A stretch of DNA of 19,334 nucleotides from Bdellovibrionales bacterium (GTDB lineage Bacteria > Bdellovibrionota > Bdellovibrionia > Bdellovibrionales > DASUEL01): positions 1 to 19,334 of the forward strand of contig JBFWOZ010000049.1 in NCBI GenBank assembly GCA_050250255.1, given 5' to 3'. Position 1 is the stretch's first letter, and each line of letters begins with the position of its first letter. The translations under genes and the position numbers were made by a program. This document shows positions 6,908 through 14,957 of this stretch, piece after piece. The notes beneath the pieces were generated by a model, which worked only from the letters and a program-made list of their open reading frames with translations, was not told where the DNA came from and did no database searches.

Positions 6908-7525
6908 ATGTGTTGTAGAGTTTTATTTTCCCTTGCCCTCGTTGCTTCAAGTCTTCTCTTCTCTCAGCCTAGCTTTGCCCAGTTTGGTGGCAGTAATCGC
7001 TGTGATGAAAGACGAGACGAGTTTAATTATCAAGATCGCTGTGAACAAATTACGCGACGAGCTTGTGAGTACAATTCTCGATTGAGCTGTTATGTCTCCG
7101 TCAACATCCAACCCGTCTCTCGATGCGAACATCGTTACGATCAATACGACTCAGAATATGACTGCCGCATTCGATTTCCAGAAGGCTGTGAATACAGAAG
7201 TGGCTGCTGGGTTTCTCGGCCTATCCAACCACCACCACTCCCACGCTGTGATCCACAATACAAAGAGTACGACACCCAAGCTCGCTGCGAACGCATGCAT
7301 GAGCACGGCTGTCGTGTTGAAGGTCAATGTTGGGTTCCTAACCCTGCGCCACCGCCTCCACCACCACCGCCTGCCGTTTGTCCACACCAAGATGATGATG
7401 GTAGCTACGAAGGTCGTGGTCGAAGAGGTTTTAGAAACCAATCGATTTGTGAAATCTCTGAAGGTCGCCGCGCCGGCGCTTGCGAAATTCGTGGAGACGG
7501 ATGTTGGCACCCGCGAGGTCGCTAA
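6908..7525 (+). CDS. Secreted Cys-rich repeat protein (four 4-Cys repeats, poly-Pro linker), paralogue of 6036
   Basis: Signal peptide ending SFA-Q. Repeats 1-3 align in order with those of 6036 (NYQDRCEQ shared). PAPPPPPPP precedes an elongated fourth repeat. Confidence 0.88.
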   Translation: MCCRVLFSLALVASSLLFSQPSFAQFGGSNRCDERRDEFNYQDRCEQITRRACEYNSRLSCYVSVNIQPVSRCEHRYDQYDSEYDCRIRFPEGCEYRSGCWVSRPIQPPPLPRCDPQYKEYDTQARCERMHEHGCRVEGQCWVPNPAPPPPPPPPAVCPHQDDDGSYEGRGRRGFRNQSICEISEGRRAGACEIRGDGCWHPRGR

Positions 7526-9567
7526 GCCATCTTATCTAATGGTAAGGAAGGAATGGAAGAAAGCGCCAGGTGACGCTGCAAAGTCTTAAAAAGCTTCGGC
7601 AACTCAATAGGCTTCGTGAGATAATCGTTGCAACCCGCATTGAGGCAACGCTCACGATCCTCCTTCATCGCATGCGCCGTTAGAGCAATGATTGGCTTTT
7701 GATACCCCTGCCTTCGAAGCTCTGCGGTTGATGTATGACCATCCATGATTGGCATCTGCACATCCATTAAAACCAAATCATACTGGCCCTTCAGCGCCTT
7801 TTCTAATCCCTCTTTGCCATTGTTAGCACAGTCGACACGAACATTATGTCGGGTCAGAAAAACTCGAAGCAGCAGCTGATTGTCGGGCGAATCTTCTACC
7901 ACCAGGATGCTTTTATTTTGTAGCGCCACTTCTTTAAGATCTTCAGACACAGAAGGTTTTGCAAATTGGTTTTTGAGGACCTGATCCAACCCAACAGTGA
8001 TTAAAAAGGTTGAACCTAAACCTAAGTCGCTTTTTTCTAAAATGACATCTCCTCCAAGTGACTGCGCCAAACGTTTAGAAAGAATCAACCCAAGCCCTGT
8101 CCCCTCGTACTGTCGAGTGATGGAATTGTCGGCCTGTGAAAAGGGTAAAAACAACTGCTTGATATTATCTGGAGAAATTCCAATACCCGTATCGCTCACA
8201 CGAAAATAAAGTTGCAAAGCGTTCGTGAGCGGCACTTGGTGCGTTCCATACTCTACAACAACCAAGCCTTCTTTCGTAAATTTGAGCGCATTCCCCACAA
8301 GGTTGAGAAGAATTTGGCGCAAACGAATTCGGTCTGTGTGTATGGCGCTTGGGTACTCACCTTTATCCACAAATTTTAATTTATTTCCGCCCTCTTCCGC
8401 TCGCACATTGAGAGCCTCTTGAGTTTCTTTCATAAAATCCGAAAGCTGAAACGTTGTTTTCTCAATCTCAAGATGTCCCGCTTCGACTTTGGAAATATCT
8501 AAAATATCATTGATGATTCTTTTTAAATTATTTCCCGTGCGCTCAATCATTTGTACATATTGATCGTGATCATCGACTGAAATATTTTTATCTTTTAGAA
8601 TCTCTGCGATTCCTAAAATTACGCCGAGCGGAGTTCTGATTTCATGGCTCATGTTGGCCAAAAATAAACTTTTAATTTTACTCGCACTCTCGGCTTTTTC
8701 GCGTTCACCAATATTCTTTTTCAAATTCTGAACCATTTGGTTCAGAGCTTGCGCCATCTGCCCCAATTCATCTTTTGAGCGCACGGGAATTTCGTAAGAA
8801 AAGTTCGCATTCCCAACTTCAATTGCGGTATTGCTCAACTCTTTTAAACTTCGGCTCAGATTTCTTGTAAATAAAAAAGTTAAACAAACGCCAGTAGCTT
8901 CAACCGTAAAAACAGCACACAGCAGGAGCCATTTCAACAGAGACTCCAGCCATCTCGAACCTTCGCCTAGAGTGTAAGAGAATTCTTTTTCTAAAGAGGT
9001 AAATTGATCATCGAGAGTTTCAATCCTAATAAGAACAGAAGCTACGCCAGGACTTGGATTTTCTTTTGTTGAGTTTTGCACTTCTGCTCTTAAGTCACGA
9101 GCCGCGCTCATGAGGTCATCTATTAACGTATCTGCCTCTGTCCATACTACAAGAGCATGGTTTACGTAGCTGACCCAATAAAAATTTCGGATAAGGCGAA
9201 TCAAACCTGGAATATCACTACGATGAATTTCTCCTTGAGCAAATCCCTCATGAACGCTCTTAAGATCAGGTTTTGCTTTAATGAGCTCTAATCGCGCGCG
9301 ACGATCGCCGAGCGGAATTTGTAGATGCCTTAAATATTCAGAATAATAGCGATCGTCCTGAGTTGTGGCATATCTTTGTAAATTGTAGACCGCATCTTTT
9401 TGTGCTTTTGACCAAAGCCCTTCACCGCTCACAAAAGATCTCACGGCAGAAAGAACATCCATTGTAAAGAGAAGGGTAAACATCTCAGCCGCAATCAGCA
9501 TCGCCATGATGCCGACAACACCATAAAGTTTTTTTGCAACCGACAGATTGCGCCACCAATTACTCAT
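7522..9567 (-). CDS. Membrane hybrid sensor histidine kinase (sensor-HAMP-HisKA-HATPase-REC)
   Basis: Two TM segments; HAMP (DELGQMAQALNQM); H-box FLANMSHEIRTPL; N box NLVGNALKFT; G boxes DTGIGI and GTGLGL; REC DLVLMDVQMP...YLTKP. Confidence 0.97.
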   Translation of the reverse strand: MSNWWRNLSVAKKLYGVVGIMAMLIAAEMFTLLFTMDVLSAVRSFVSGEGLWSKAQKDAVYNLQRYATTQDDRYYSEYLRHLQIPLGDRRARLELIKAKPDLKSVHEGFAQGEIHRSDIPGLIRLIRNFYWVSYVNHALVVWTEADTLIDDLMSAARDLRAEVQNSTKENPSPGVASVLIRIETLDDQFTSLEKEFSYTLGEGSRWLESLLKWLLLCAVFTVEATGVCLTFLFTRNLSRSLKELSNTAIEVGNANFSYEIPVRSKDELGQMAQALNQMVQNLKKNIGEREKAESASKIKSLFLANMSHEIRTPLGVILGIAEILKDKNISVDDHDQYVQMIERTGNNLKRIINDILDISKVEAGHLEIEKTTFQLSDFMKETQEALNVRAEEGGNKLKFVDKGEYPSAIHTDRIRLRQILLNLVGNALKFTKEGLVVVEYGTHQVPLTNALQLYFRVSDTGIGISPDNIKQLFLPFSQADNSITRQYEGTGLGLILSKRLAQSLGGDVILEKSDLGLGSTFLITVGLDQVLKNQFAKPSVSEDLKEVALQNKSILVVEDSPDNQLLLRVFLTRHNVRVDCANNGKEGLEKALKGQYDLVLMDVQMPIMDGHTSTAELRRQGYQKPIIALTAHAMKEDRERCLNAGCNDYLTKPIELPKLFKTLQRHLALSSIPSLPLDKMA

Positions 9568-9947
9568 GCGGACTTCCTATTTAATCTCATTAAAAATTCT
9601 TTCAACGCATCTAGCGCGTAAAACATCTCACGATTGATCTCTATCAAAAGCGTCTCTGTTTTTGCGTAGTCCGAGGCACTGGCCTGCTTTTCAATTTCAC
9701 GACAAAGAGTAAAAGCACGGGAAAATCCTAAGTTTCCGGTGCTTGCCTTAAAAGCATGAGCCTCTGACTTAATGGAGAGCCAGTCTCGTTGGGCAAGAGC
9801 TTTTGTCATTTTGATAATCCGTTCTGGAGCAATCTTTTCGTAAATCTCTATTAATTCACTGAGGAGTGGTGTTTGGGATTGCCTCTCTAAGTCCAAAAGC
9901 TCTTGAACTTTTGAATGGTCGAGAACAGGAATGTGTTTTAAGTCCAT
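9564..9947 (-). CDS. Stand-alone Hpt phosphotransfer protein
   Basis: EAHAFKASTGNLG (HxxKGxS-like) in a helical 127-aa protein; AGGGGAG RBS; ATGA overlap with the kinase. Confidence 0.92.
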   Translation of the reverse strand: MDLKHIPVLDHSKVQELLDLERQSQTPLLSELIEIYEKIAPERIIKMTKALAQRDWLSIKSEAHAFKASTGNLGFSRAFTLCREIEKQASASDYAKTETLLIEINREMFYALDALKEFLMRLNRKSA

Positions 9948-10018
9948 GAATTACTCCCCTTATAGAATCTCATAAAATCTTGGAGAAACGGCGGTGCGGT
10001 TATGAAGATTTCGTAAAC

Positions 10019-10729
10019 TTATGCAGCTTTTGATTCGGGCGTTGCACCCAAGAAGCGATAGCCAAACCCTGAGACCGTCTCAATATAAGACGAGCAATAT
10101 CCTAATTTATGTCGGAGAGTGGAGATGTGTTTATCCACCGTTCGATCGGTAATCGCAAAGTTCTCTCCCCATACGGCGGTAATAATCTGATCACGAGAAA
10201 AAACATTTTGCTCGTGCCGTGCTAGGAAATAAAGGATTTTAAACTCGATAGGTGTAAGTATTAGCGAGATAGGACCATTCGCCGATTCCAAAGCCACACT
10301 TTGACTTTCCAAATTGATATAAAGTGCCCCAGTACGAATTTCAGAGTTTTTGGTTTTTTGTGTTTTAAGATTTTTAATTTTTGCATTCACCCGAGCCAGT
10401 AGCTCCATCGCGTGAAAAGGCTTCTCGATATAATCATCTGCACCCAAGGAGAGGCCCGTAACTAAATTTGAAACCCCCGTCTTACCCGTTACAAAGATAA
10501 TAGGAACTTGCCTTGTACGGTCTTCCTGCTGAAACTCCGCACAGAGAGAAAAGCCATCTCCATCAGGAAGCATCACATCGAGAAGTATGAGATCAAAACT
10601 CTGCTGTCTCATTTTGAGACGAGCGTCTAAAGCCGAGGCCACCCAAGTTAAATGGTACTGACTTCCTAGGGCTGCCCTTACAAGCAGGTGAGTCTCTTCT
10701 GAATCGTCGATCAGCAAAAGATGTTTCAT
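10019..10729 (-). CDS. OmpR/PhoB-family response regulator
   Basis: REC LIDD, DLILLDVMLPDGDG, GADDYIEKPF; winged helix LTPIEFKIL...RTVDKHISTLRHKL...IETVSGFGY. Confidence 0.96.
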   Translation of the reverse strand: MKHLLLIDDSEETHLLVRAALGSQYHLTWVASALDARLKMRQQSFDLILLDVMLPDGDGFSLCAEFQQEDRTRQVPIIFVTGKTGVSNLVTGLSLGADDYIEKPFHAMELLARVNAKIKNLKTQKTKNSEIRTGALYINLESQSVALESANGPISLILTPIEFKILYFLARHEQNVFSRDQIITAVWGENFAITDRTVDKHISTLRHKLGYCSSYIETVSGFGYRFLGATPESKAA

Positions 10730-10831
10730 AGTTTTTAGTGGTCAAGTACTTATCGGAATTTTGCGACCTCTTCTTGAAGTTGAAAAAAGCGAACTCTCGT
10801 ATATTATAAATAAAAACAGTTTTGATCGATC

Positions 10832-11413
10832 CTATAGAATAAACTGCAGATAATAGAACGTTAATCCTATATAGAGCAAACCGAGAATCCATATGAATTT
10901 CGCGTCCCAAGTCATTTTGAGTATAGCCGGGGCGGCTAGATCAACCGCCTCTGGTAAATTAATTTTGTTTGTGGTTATACTCAGTGCCTCTAGCAACACG
11001 TCCGTTGCCTGCCTATTTGTGCATGATTTTGGCAAAAATTCAGGCATTGGATCTTTACTTTTTGTTAATAAGGGCTGTAAGTCTTTTCCTGACGTCAGCA
11101 GAAACTGCTGTTTTGGGTATTTATAACGACAGTAATTCCACAGATCCATTCCCGTCTCATTCCCCTCGAGAAATTGGTCCGCAATGACTAAATCGTAATG
11201 AATAGCCCTATTATCAAGAAGCTTTTTTGCCACTTCCGCCGACGACGCTCTATCCACACGAGTGTCAAAATCTAATACCCTTAGCAGGCTCGTAAATTTT
11301 GCCTGGAAGAAAAGATCATCCTCTACCAGCAAGACAGATAGCTGAGGCCTTTGAGGCTCTCTATTTGTCAGGTACTCATGATTCCACATATTAAGGTCAT
11401 AAAATTCCTGCAT
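10832..11413 (-). CDS. Receiver-domain protein with C-terminal transmembrane anchor
   Basis: VLLVEDD, YDLVIADQFL, LLTS, FLPK; hydrophobic tail FIWILGLLYIGLTFYYLQFIL. ATG 11413 is preferred because GTG 11422 lies inside the AAGGTG RBS. Confidence 0.85.
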   Translation of the reverse strand: MQEFYDLNMWNHEYLTNREPQRPQLSVLLVEDDLFFQAKFTSLLRVLDFDTRVDRASSAEVAKKLLDNRAIHYDLVIADQFLEGNETGMDLWNYCRYKYPKQQFLLTSGKDLQPLLTKSKDPMPEFLPKSCTNRQATDVLLEALSITTNKINLPEAVDLAAPAILKMTWDAKFIWILGLLYIGLTFYYLQFIL

Positions 11414-11428
11414 ATAAATCACCTTTGG

Positions 11429-11752
11429 TTAATGTTCGATTTCATTATATTCTTTAAAAAGCCCACGTTTTTTACGCCACGAGTGCATTTGTCCATATAA
11501 CTGACCGATACACTTCTCAACCGCGTCTACCAGATTCGATGCTGTTCCACGAGCTATGAACGCGCCTCCTACGTAGCGAATTTCTGCCATCATACAAAAG
11601 GAGTTCTCTGAAGGAGTATGCGTCTTCGTGATGTTGGCCTCTAAATAGGAATCAGAAGGACAAAGTTCTAAAAGATCTGCAATTTGCATCTCCACCTCTT
11701 TTATTTCAGAAGGCTTCACTTTAAAACCGAGACAAAGAATATCCTGATCCAT
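11429..11752 (-). CDS. Small hypothetical protein, possible HPF/RaiA-like fold
   Basis: ATG 11752 follows GGGAG; 107 aa with an apparent beta-alpha-beta-beta-beta-alpha pattern ending FIARGTASNLVDAVEKCIGQLYGQMHSWRKKR. The fold assignment is inference. Confidence 0.7.
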   Translation of the reverse strand: MDQDILCLGFKVKPSEIKEVEMQIADLLELCPSDSYLEANITKTHTPSENSFCMMAEIRYVGGAFIARGTASNLVDAVEKCIGQLYGQMHSWRKKRGLFKEYNEIEH

Positions 11753-11880
11753 ACAACTCCCTTGGTTCAAAACAGGATAAAGGATGAAAGTGAAGCCAGA
11801 TGGGTTTGAAAGTGAAGATTTCTTCACAACCTAAATCCGCAAATCCACACAGTTTTCCACGGATTCTCATTTTAAGATGA

Positions 11881-12276
11881 TGTTTAAGCAACTTTTTCAA
11901 AGAATGCAGACCCGAGGGTGAAAGCGCAAACGACTCCTACACATCTTATCGCGTAGATCTCCTCGCCGCAATTATCCAAGGAGTTACTGAGGATGAAAGA
12001 TTAACGGCTACAGCTCGAAATTCTGACTTTGCCGGCGCTATCATTAACCACCAAGATGAACATCGTATTATTTATTATTCGATCAAAAAGGGGCGCAACG
12101 TACGTCCCAAAAAACTTTACGATCTCACTATTGTTAATTTAGGTTATCACTTAAAACCACTCAATAAAAACTCTGTATTAGCTAGGCCAAATACATACGT
12201 TTTCGGTTTCCGCAACTTATCTGATATTGCTGAAGAGCTCGATTACGCAATCAAAGAGGCCATTGGCGAAAACTAG
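11881..12276 (+). pseudogene. Startless 131-codon open frame (probable frameshifted or truncated gene)
   Basis: Stop-free from 11881 to TAG 12274-76, with no in-frame ATG/GTG/TTG; globular-looking translation; ATGATG at 11877 is in another frame and ends at a TGA after 14 codons. Confidence 0.55.
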
Positions 12277-12402
12277 TCTACTTTTTAAGTGCCGTCGTCC
12301 AGGACGGCATTTTGCCCCGCTCCCAAACGTTCTTTTTTTCCTCGTTTTTTTTCTATTAAAAATCTACTGCAATAGAACTCACTCACTGACAACTTTCGTT
12401 GA

Positions 12403-12418
12403 TGGTATGCGCTTTGCT
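12403..12418 (+). promoter_or_regulatory. sigma54 (RpoN) -24/-12 promoter
   Basis: TGGTATG-CGCT-TTGCT with exact GG-N10-GC spacing, ~80 nt upstream of ATG 12496. Confidence 0.65.
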
Positions 12419-12495
12419 CTGTCTCCAACCGTATTGAACATGGAAACAAACTTCGCAGCTCAAAATAACAATCGTGAATAAAAAAGGAGTGAGAA

Positions 12496-12768
12496 ATGGC
12501 AACGAATAATAATATGAGAAGTTCCAGTGGTTCTTCAAATGTATCTACTACAGGTGGTAGTACACGTTTTGAAAATCAGAAGTCAGGTTCTGAATCAGAA
12601 GCAGGTTCAAAACTTGGAATGGACGGCGAAGCCAGTCAACTTGAGCAACTCGCAGTATTCTTAAAAGAAAACTGGAGACCTATTTTGACTGAACTTGTAG
12701 CTGCTGGAGTGACTGCCTACCTCACTCACGATGCAAAAACAAAAACAGCAAGAAAAGCTGCTAATTAA
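12496..12768 (+). CDS. Small Ser/Gly-rich protein with C-terminal hydrophobic segment (YqjD/ElaB-like architecture)
   Basis: AAGGAG RBS; low-complexity N-terminus, FLKENWRPILTELVAAGVTAYL, basic tail; followed by a terminator hairpin. Confidence 0.85.
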   Translation: MATNNNMRSSSGSSNVSTTGGSTRFENQKSGSESEAGSKLGMDGEASQLEQLAVFLKENWRPILTELVAAGVTAYLTHDAKTKTARKAAN

Positions 12769-12778
12769 GAACGGAACT

Positions 12779-12812
12779 GGTGAGGAGAGGCCATGCGCCC
12801 CTCCTCACCTTT
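12779..12812 (+). terminator. Probable intrinsic terminator/attenuator
   Basis: GGTGAGGAG...CTCCTCACC stem followed by TTTAATT, 10 nt after the 12768 stop. Confidence 0.65.
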
Positions 12813-12817
12813 AATTA

Positions 12818-13216
12818 ATGGATGGACCTGTGGAACGAATGATCACAAACACTGCCTCGAATTCTCTCACTCAAGCGCTTGGCGCCTTAGTGACTCAGCA
12901 ACTTTTAGATCTCTTTGAAAATTCATTTGAGAAGCTAAGGACCGTTGTGATTATTTTAAGTTTGTGGTCCACCATTTCCGTAGGTTGGATACTTGGCTTA
13001 TTCATTATTGTTGTAAGCCTCACGTATCTGATCACTCTTTCATTGGGATCAGTCGCGATCGCTGCGCTAATTATGGGAGCGATTTTCTTCACCGCAACTT
13101 CGCTTTTTTTCTTACAAATCCTACGAAAGAAATTTTGGATAGATGTATTTAAAACACCCAACGTTAAGTCTGGAGTGTACGAAACACCGACTGATTTGAC
13201 GTTAACAACAACTTAA
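12818..13216 (+). CDS. Two-TM membrane protein (YqjE / holin-like architecture)
   Basis: QQLLDLFENSFEK followed by two long hydrophobic stretches and a basic RKK; co-oriented between two small paralogues. The start codon is uncertain. Confidence 0.72.
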   Translation: MDGPVERMITNTASNSLTQALGALVTQQLLDLFENSFEKLRTVVIILSLWSTISVGWILGLFIIVVSLTYLITLSLGSVAIAALIMGAIFFTATSLFFLQILRKKFWIDVFKTPNVKSGVYETPTDLTLTTT

Positions 13217-13235
13217 TTCCCTAAAGGAGAATATC

Positions 13236-13583
13236 ATGGCAAACGAATTTCAAAATAACCCACAAGTTTCTGGTAACGAATCTAAATATTTCAAACAAAA
13301 ATCCGGGGTTCTTAAGTCTGGAGCTGAACAAGATGGTGCTGACAGCTTCCTGAACTCAAAAACTCTTATGAAGCTCGCAAGAGAAAACTGGAGGTCGATG
13401 CTTGCGGGTGCAGCCGTAATTGGTGCAAGTGCCGTGCTAGGACGTTCACGTTACGGAATGAGCGCCAAAGCAGCTGCAGGTACAAGCTCAGCAAATGGAA
13501 CTAAATCCGCATCTTCGCCGAAGAGAAAATCTTCTTCAAGCACGAGCGGACGCTCTGCAGCTCGTCGATCTAAAAGTGCTTAA
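13236..13583 (+). CDS. Small Ser/Lys/Arg-rich protein, paralogue of 12496
   Basis: AAAGGAG RBS; shares F-x(1-2)-QKSG and ENWR-x-[IM]L plus a hydrophobic helix with 12496. Confidence 0.85.
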   Translation: MANEFQNNPQVSGNESKYFKQKSGVLKSGAEQDGADSFLNSKTLMKLARENWRSMLAGAAVIGASAVLGRSRYGMSAKAAAGTSSANGTKSASSPKRKSSSSTSGRSAARRSKSA

Positions 13584-13600
13584 TTAAAAAATTTGATAAT

Positions 13601-13635
13601 GGCTGCATCCTCGCGCTCTCAATGAGGGTGCAGCC
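13601..13635 (+). terminator. Stem-loop after the 13236 gene
   Basis: GGCTGCATCCTC / GAGGGTGCAGCC 12-bp stem (one G-U) followed by TATATAT; weak U tract. Confidence 0.55.
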
Positions 13636-13668
13636 TATATATATCAAAAAATTCCAAAGGGAGGGACT

Positions 13669-14331
13669 ATGGAACAGGAGCCGAAGGTTCAACTACCACT
13701 CAGCGAAAAGGTTAAAAATATTCCTGGAGTATTTGGAATACACTTTACAGAAAAACCAAAATATAAATTATTGAAACACGAGGGCGACTTTGAATTGCGA
13801 GAATATGAGCCCATGATTGTTGCTAAAGTGACGGTGCAAGGCTCTTATGAAGAAGCGCGAGCCGAAGCTTTCAAAAAATTAGCAAACTACATCTTCGGCG
13901 AAAACCGTGAACACAAAGTGATGCCTATGACGGCTCCTGTGCTTCAAGAAGGGGCAGACGTAGAAATGGCCATCCACGCGATGGAGCCTAATGTTCTACA
14001 AGAGTTTCCATTTGCCGGAAATAAGAGCCTGACCATGTCTTTTGTTTTACCCTCAGACATCAGCGCGAAGATTGCGCCACTCCCAACAGACTCTGGTATT
14101 CACATCGAAGCTATCCCTTCACAGACTTGGGCGGTGGTGACCTATTCTGGTGAAAATACACCTCAAGACATGCGAATCAATTATCTAAAACTTCAAGTTT
14201 GGCTAGAACTACGTGGGCAAAAAAACGAATCTCCCACCATGAGAATGGCTGAGTATGATGGTCCAAATACCATTTCATTTTTACGCAAGAATGAAGTGCA
14301 GATTCTTATTTGGAGCGCGGATCTTCAGTAG
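13669..14331 (+). CDS. SOUL-family haem-binding protein
   Basis: EKPKY...FELREY, AFKKLANYIFGEN, MPMTAPV, MSFVLP, RKNEV; GGAGG RBS. Confidence 0.92.
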   Translation: MEQEPKVQLPLSEKVKNIPGVFGIHFTEKPKYKLLKHEGDFELREYEPMIVAKVTVQGSYEEARAEAFKKLANYIFGENREHKVMPMTAPVLQEGADVEMAIHAMEPNVLQEFPFAGNKSLTMSFVLPSDISAKIAPLPTDSGIHIEAIPSQTWAVVTYSGENTPQDMRINYLKLQVWLELRGQKNESPTMRMAEYDGPNTISFLRKNEVQILIWSADLQ

Positions 14332-14406
14332 TTGCGTCATTCCTCGTGGAACCTGACCACAAGACGAAGGTCCCGAAAATGAAACCTTTTTAAGAACAAG
14401 TTATGA

Positions 14407-14763
14407 TTATTTAAGTGTATAGAACTCGAGGCACTGGCCACAGCGAATCGTGAAATCCTCTCGAAACATGTGAGTCAATGGCAACTCAGTTTGACAAATG
14501 AAACACAAGTGAACGTCCTTTAATACAAATTGATATTTCACTCGATAGGAAATCACAAAAACAATGATGGAAAGAATCAGAAACATCGGCACTAAAACGA
14601 AATGAAGTACAGGAATCAGCACGGAACCAACAGCTGCTGCCAAAAGAACGCTAAATTTCTTGCGTGCATTTTTAAGTCGTTGGCTTTTTGTGAGCAAAGT
14701 TATTTCCGACTCCACCAAATAGAATTTGGAAGAATCGCTCGTCAGAATTATCCGCATAAACAA
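14407..14763 (-). CDS. Small membrane protein with C-terminal zinc-ribbon-like CxxC...CxxC
   Basis: Hydrophobic hairpin SVLIPVLHFVLVPMFLIL, then CFIC and CGQC. The start could be ATG 14757. Confidence 0.78.
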   Translation of the reverse strand: MFMRIILTSDSSKFYLVESEITLLTKSQRLKNARKKFSVLLAAAVGSVLIPVLHFVLVPMFLILSIIVFVISYRVKYQFVLKDVHLCFICQTELPLTHMFREDFTIRCGQCLEFYTLK

Positions 14764-14851
14764 GTGTTAGCTTACTCAAGCCCACGAAGATATACGCACC
14801 GCCAACACTGAATCAGAATTGGCCAGCCCTCGTTCAAGAGATCACTGAAAC

Positions 14852-14866
14852 GGGACAAAATGTCCC
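14852..14866. promoter_or_regulatory. Operator-like palindrome upstream of the porin-cytochrome operon
   Basis: GGGACA-AAA-TGTCCC in the divergent intergenic region, ~90 nt before ATG 14958. Confidence 0.5.
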
Positions 14867-14957
14867 ATATCATTGACCAAACTACAAATTATCTAGTCCT
14901 CCAAAAAAAATGTCGTGTCAAAAGCCATTCGGCTCAGTAAGCAAACATACCTAACCT

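Noticed and set aside
6114..7512. CRISPR array or DNA tandem repeat
   Set aside because: The periodicity is at protein level (Cys repeats) with diverged codons; no identical repeats with unique spacers and no cas genes.
12227..12481. 84-aa ORF
   Set aside because: TTG start without RBS; it spans T-rich intergenic DNA and the sigma54 promoter.
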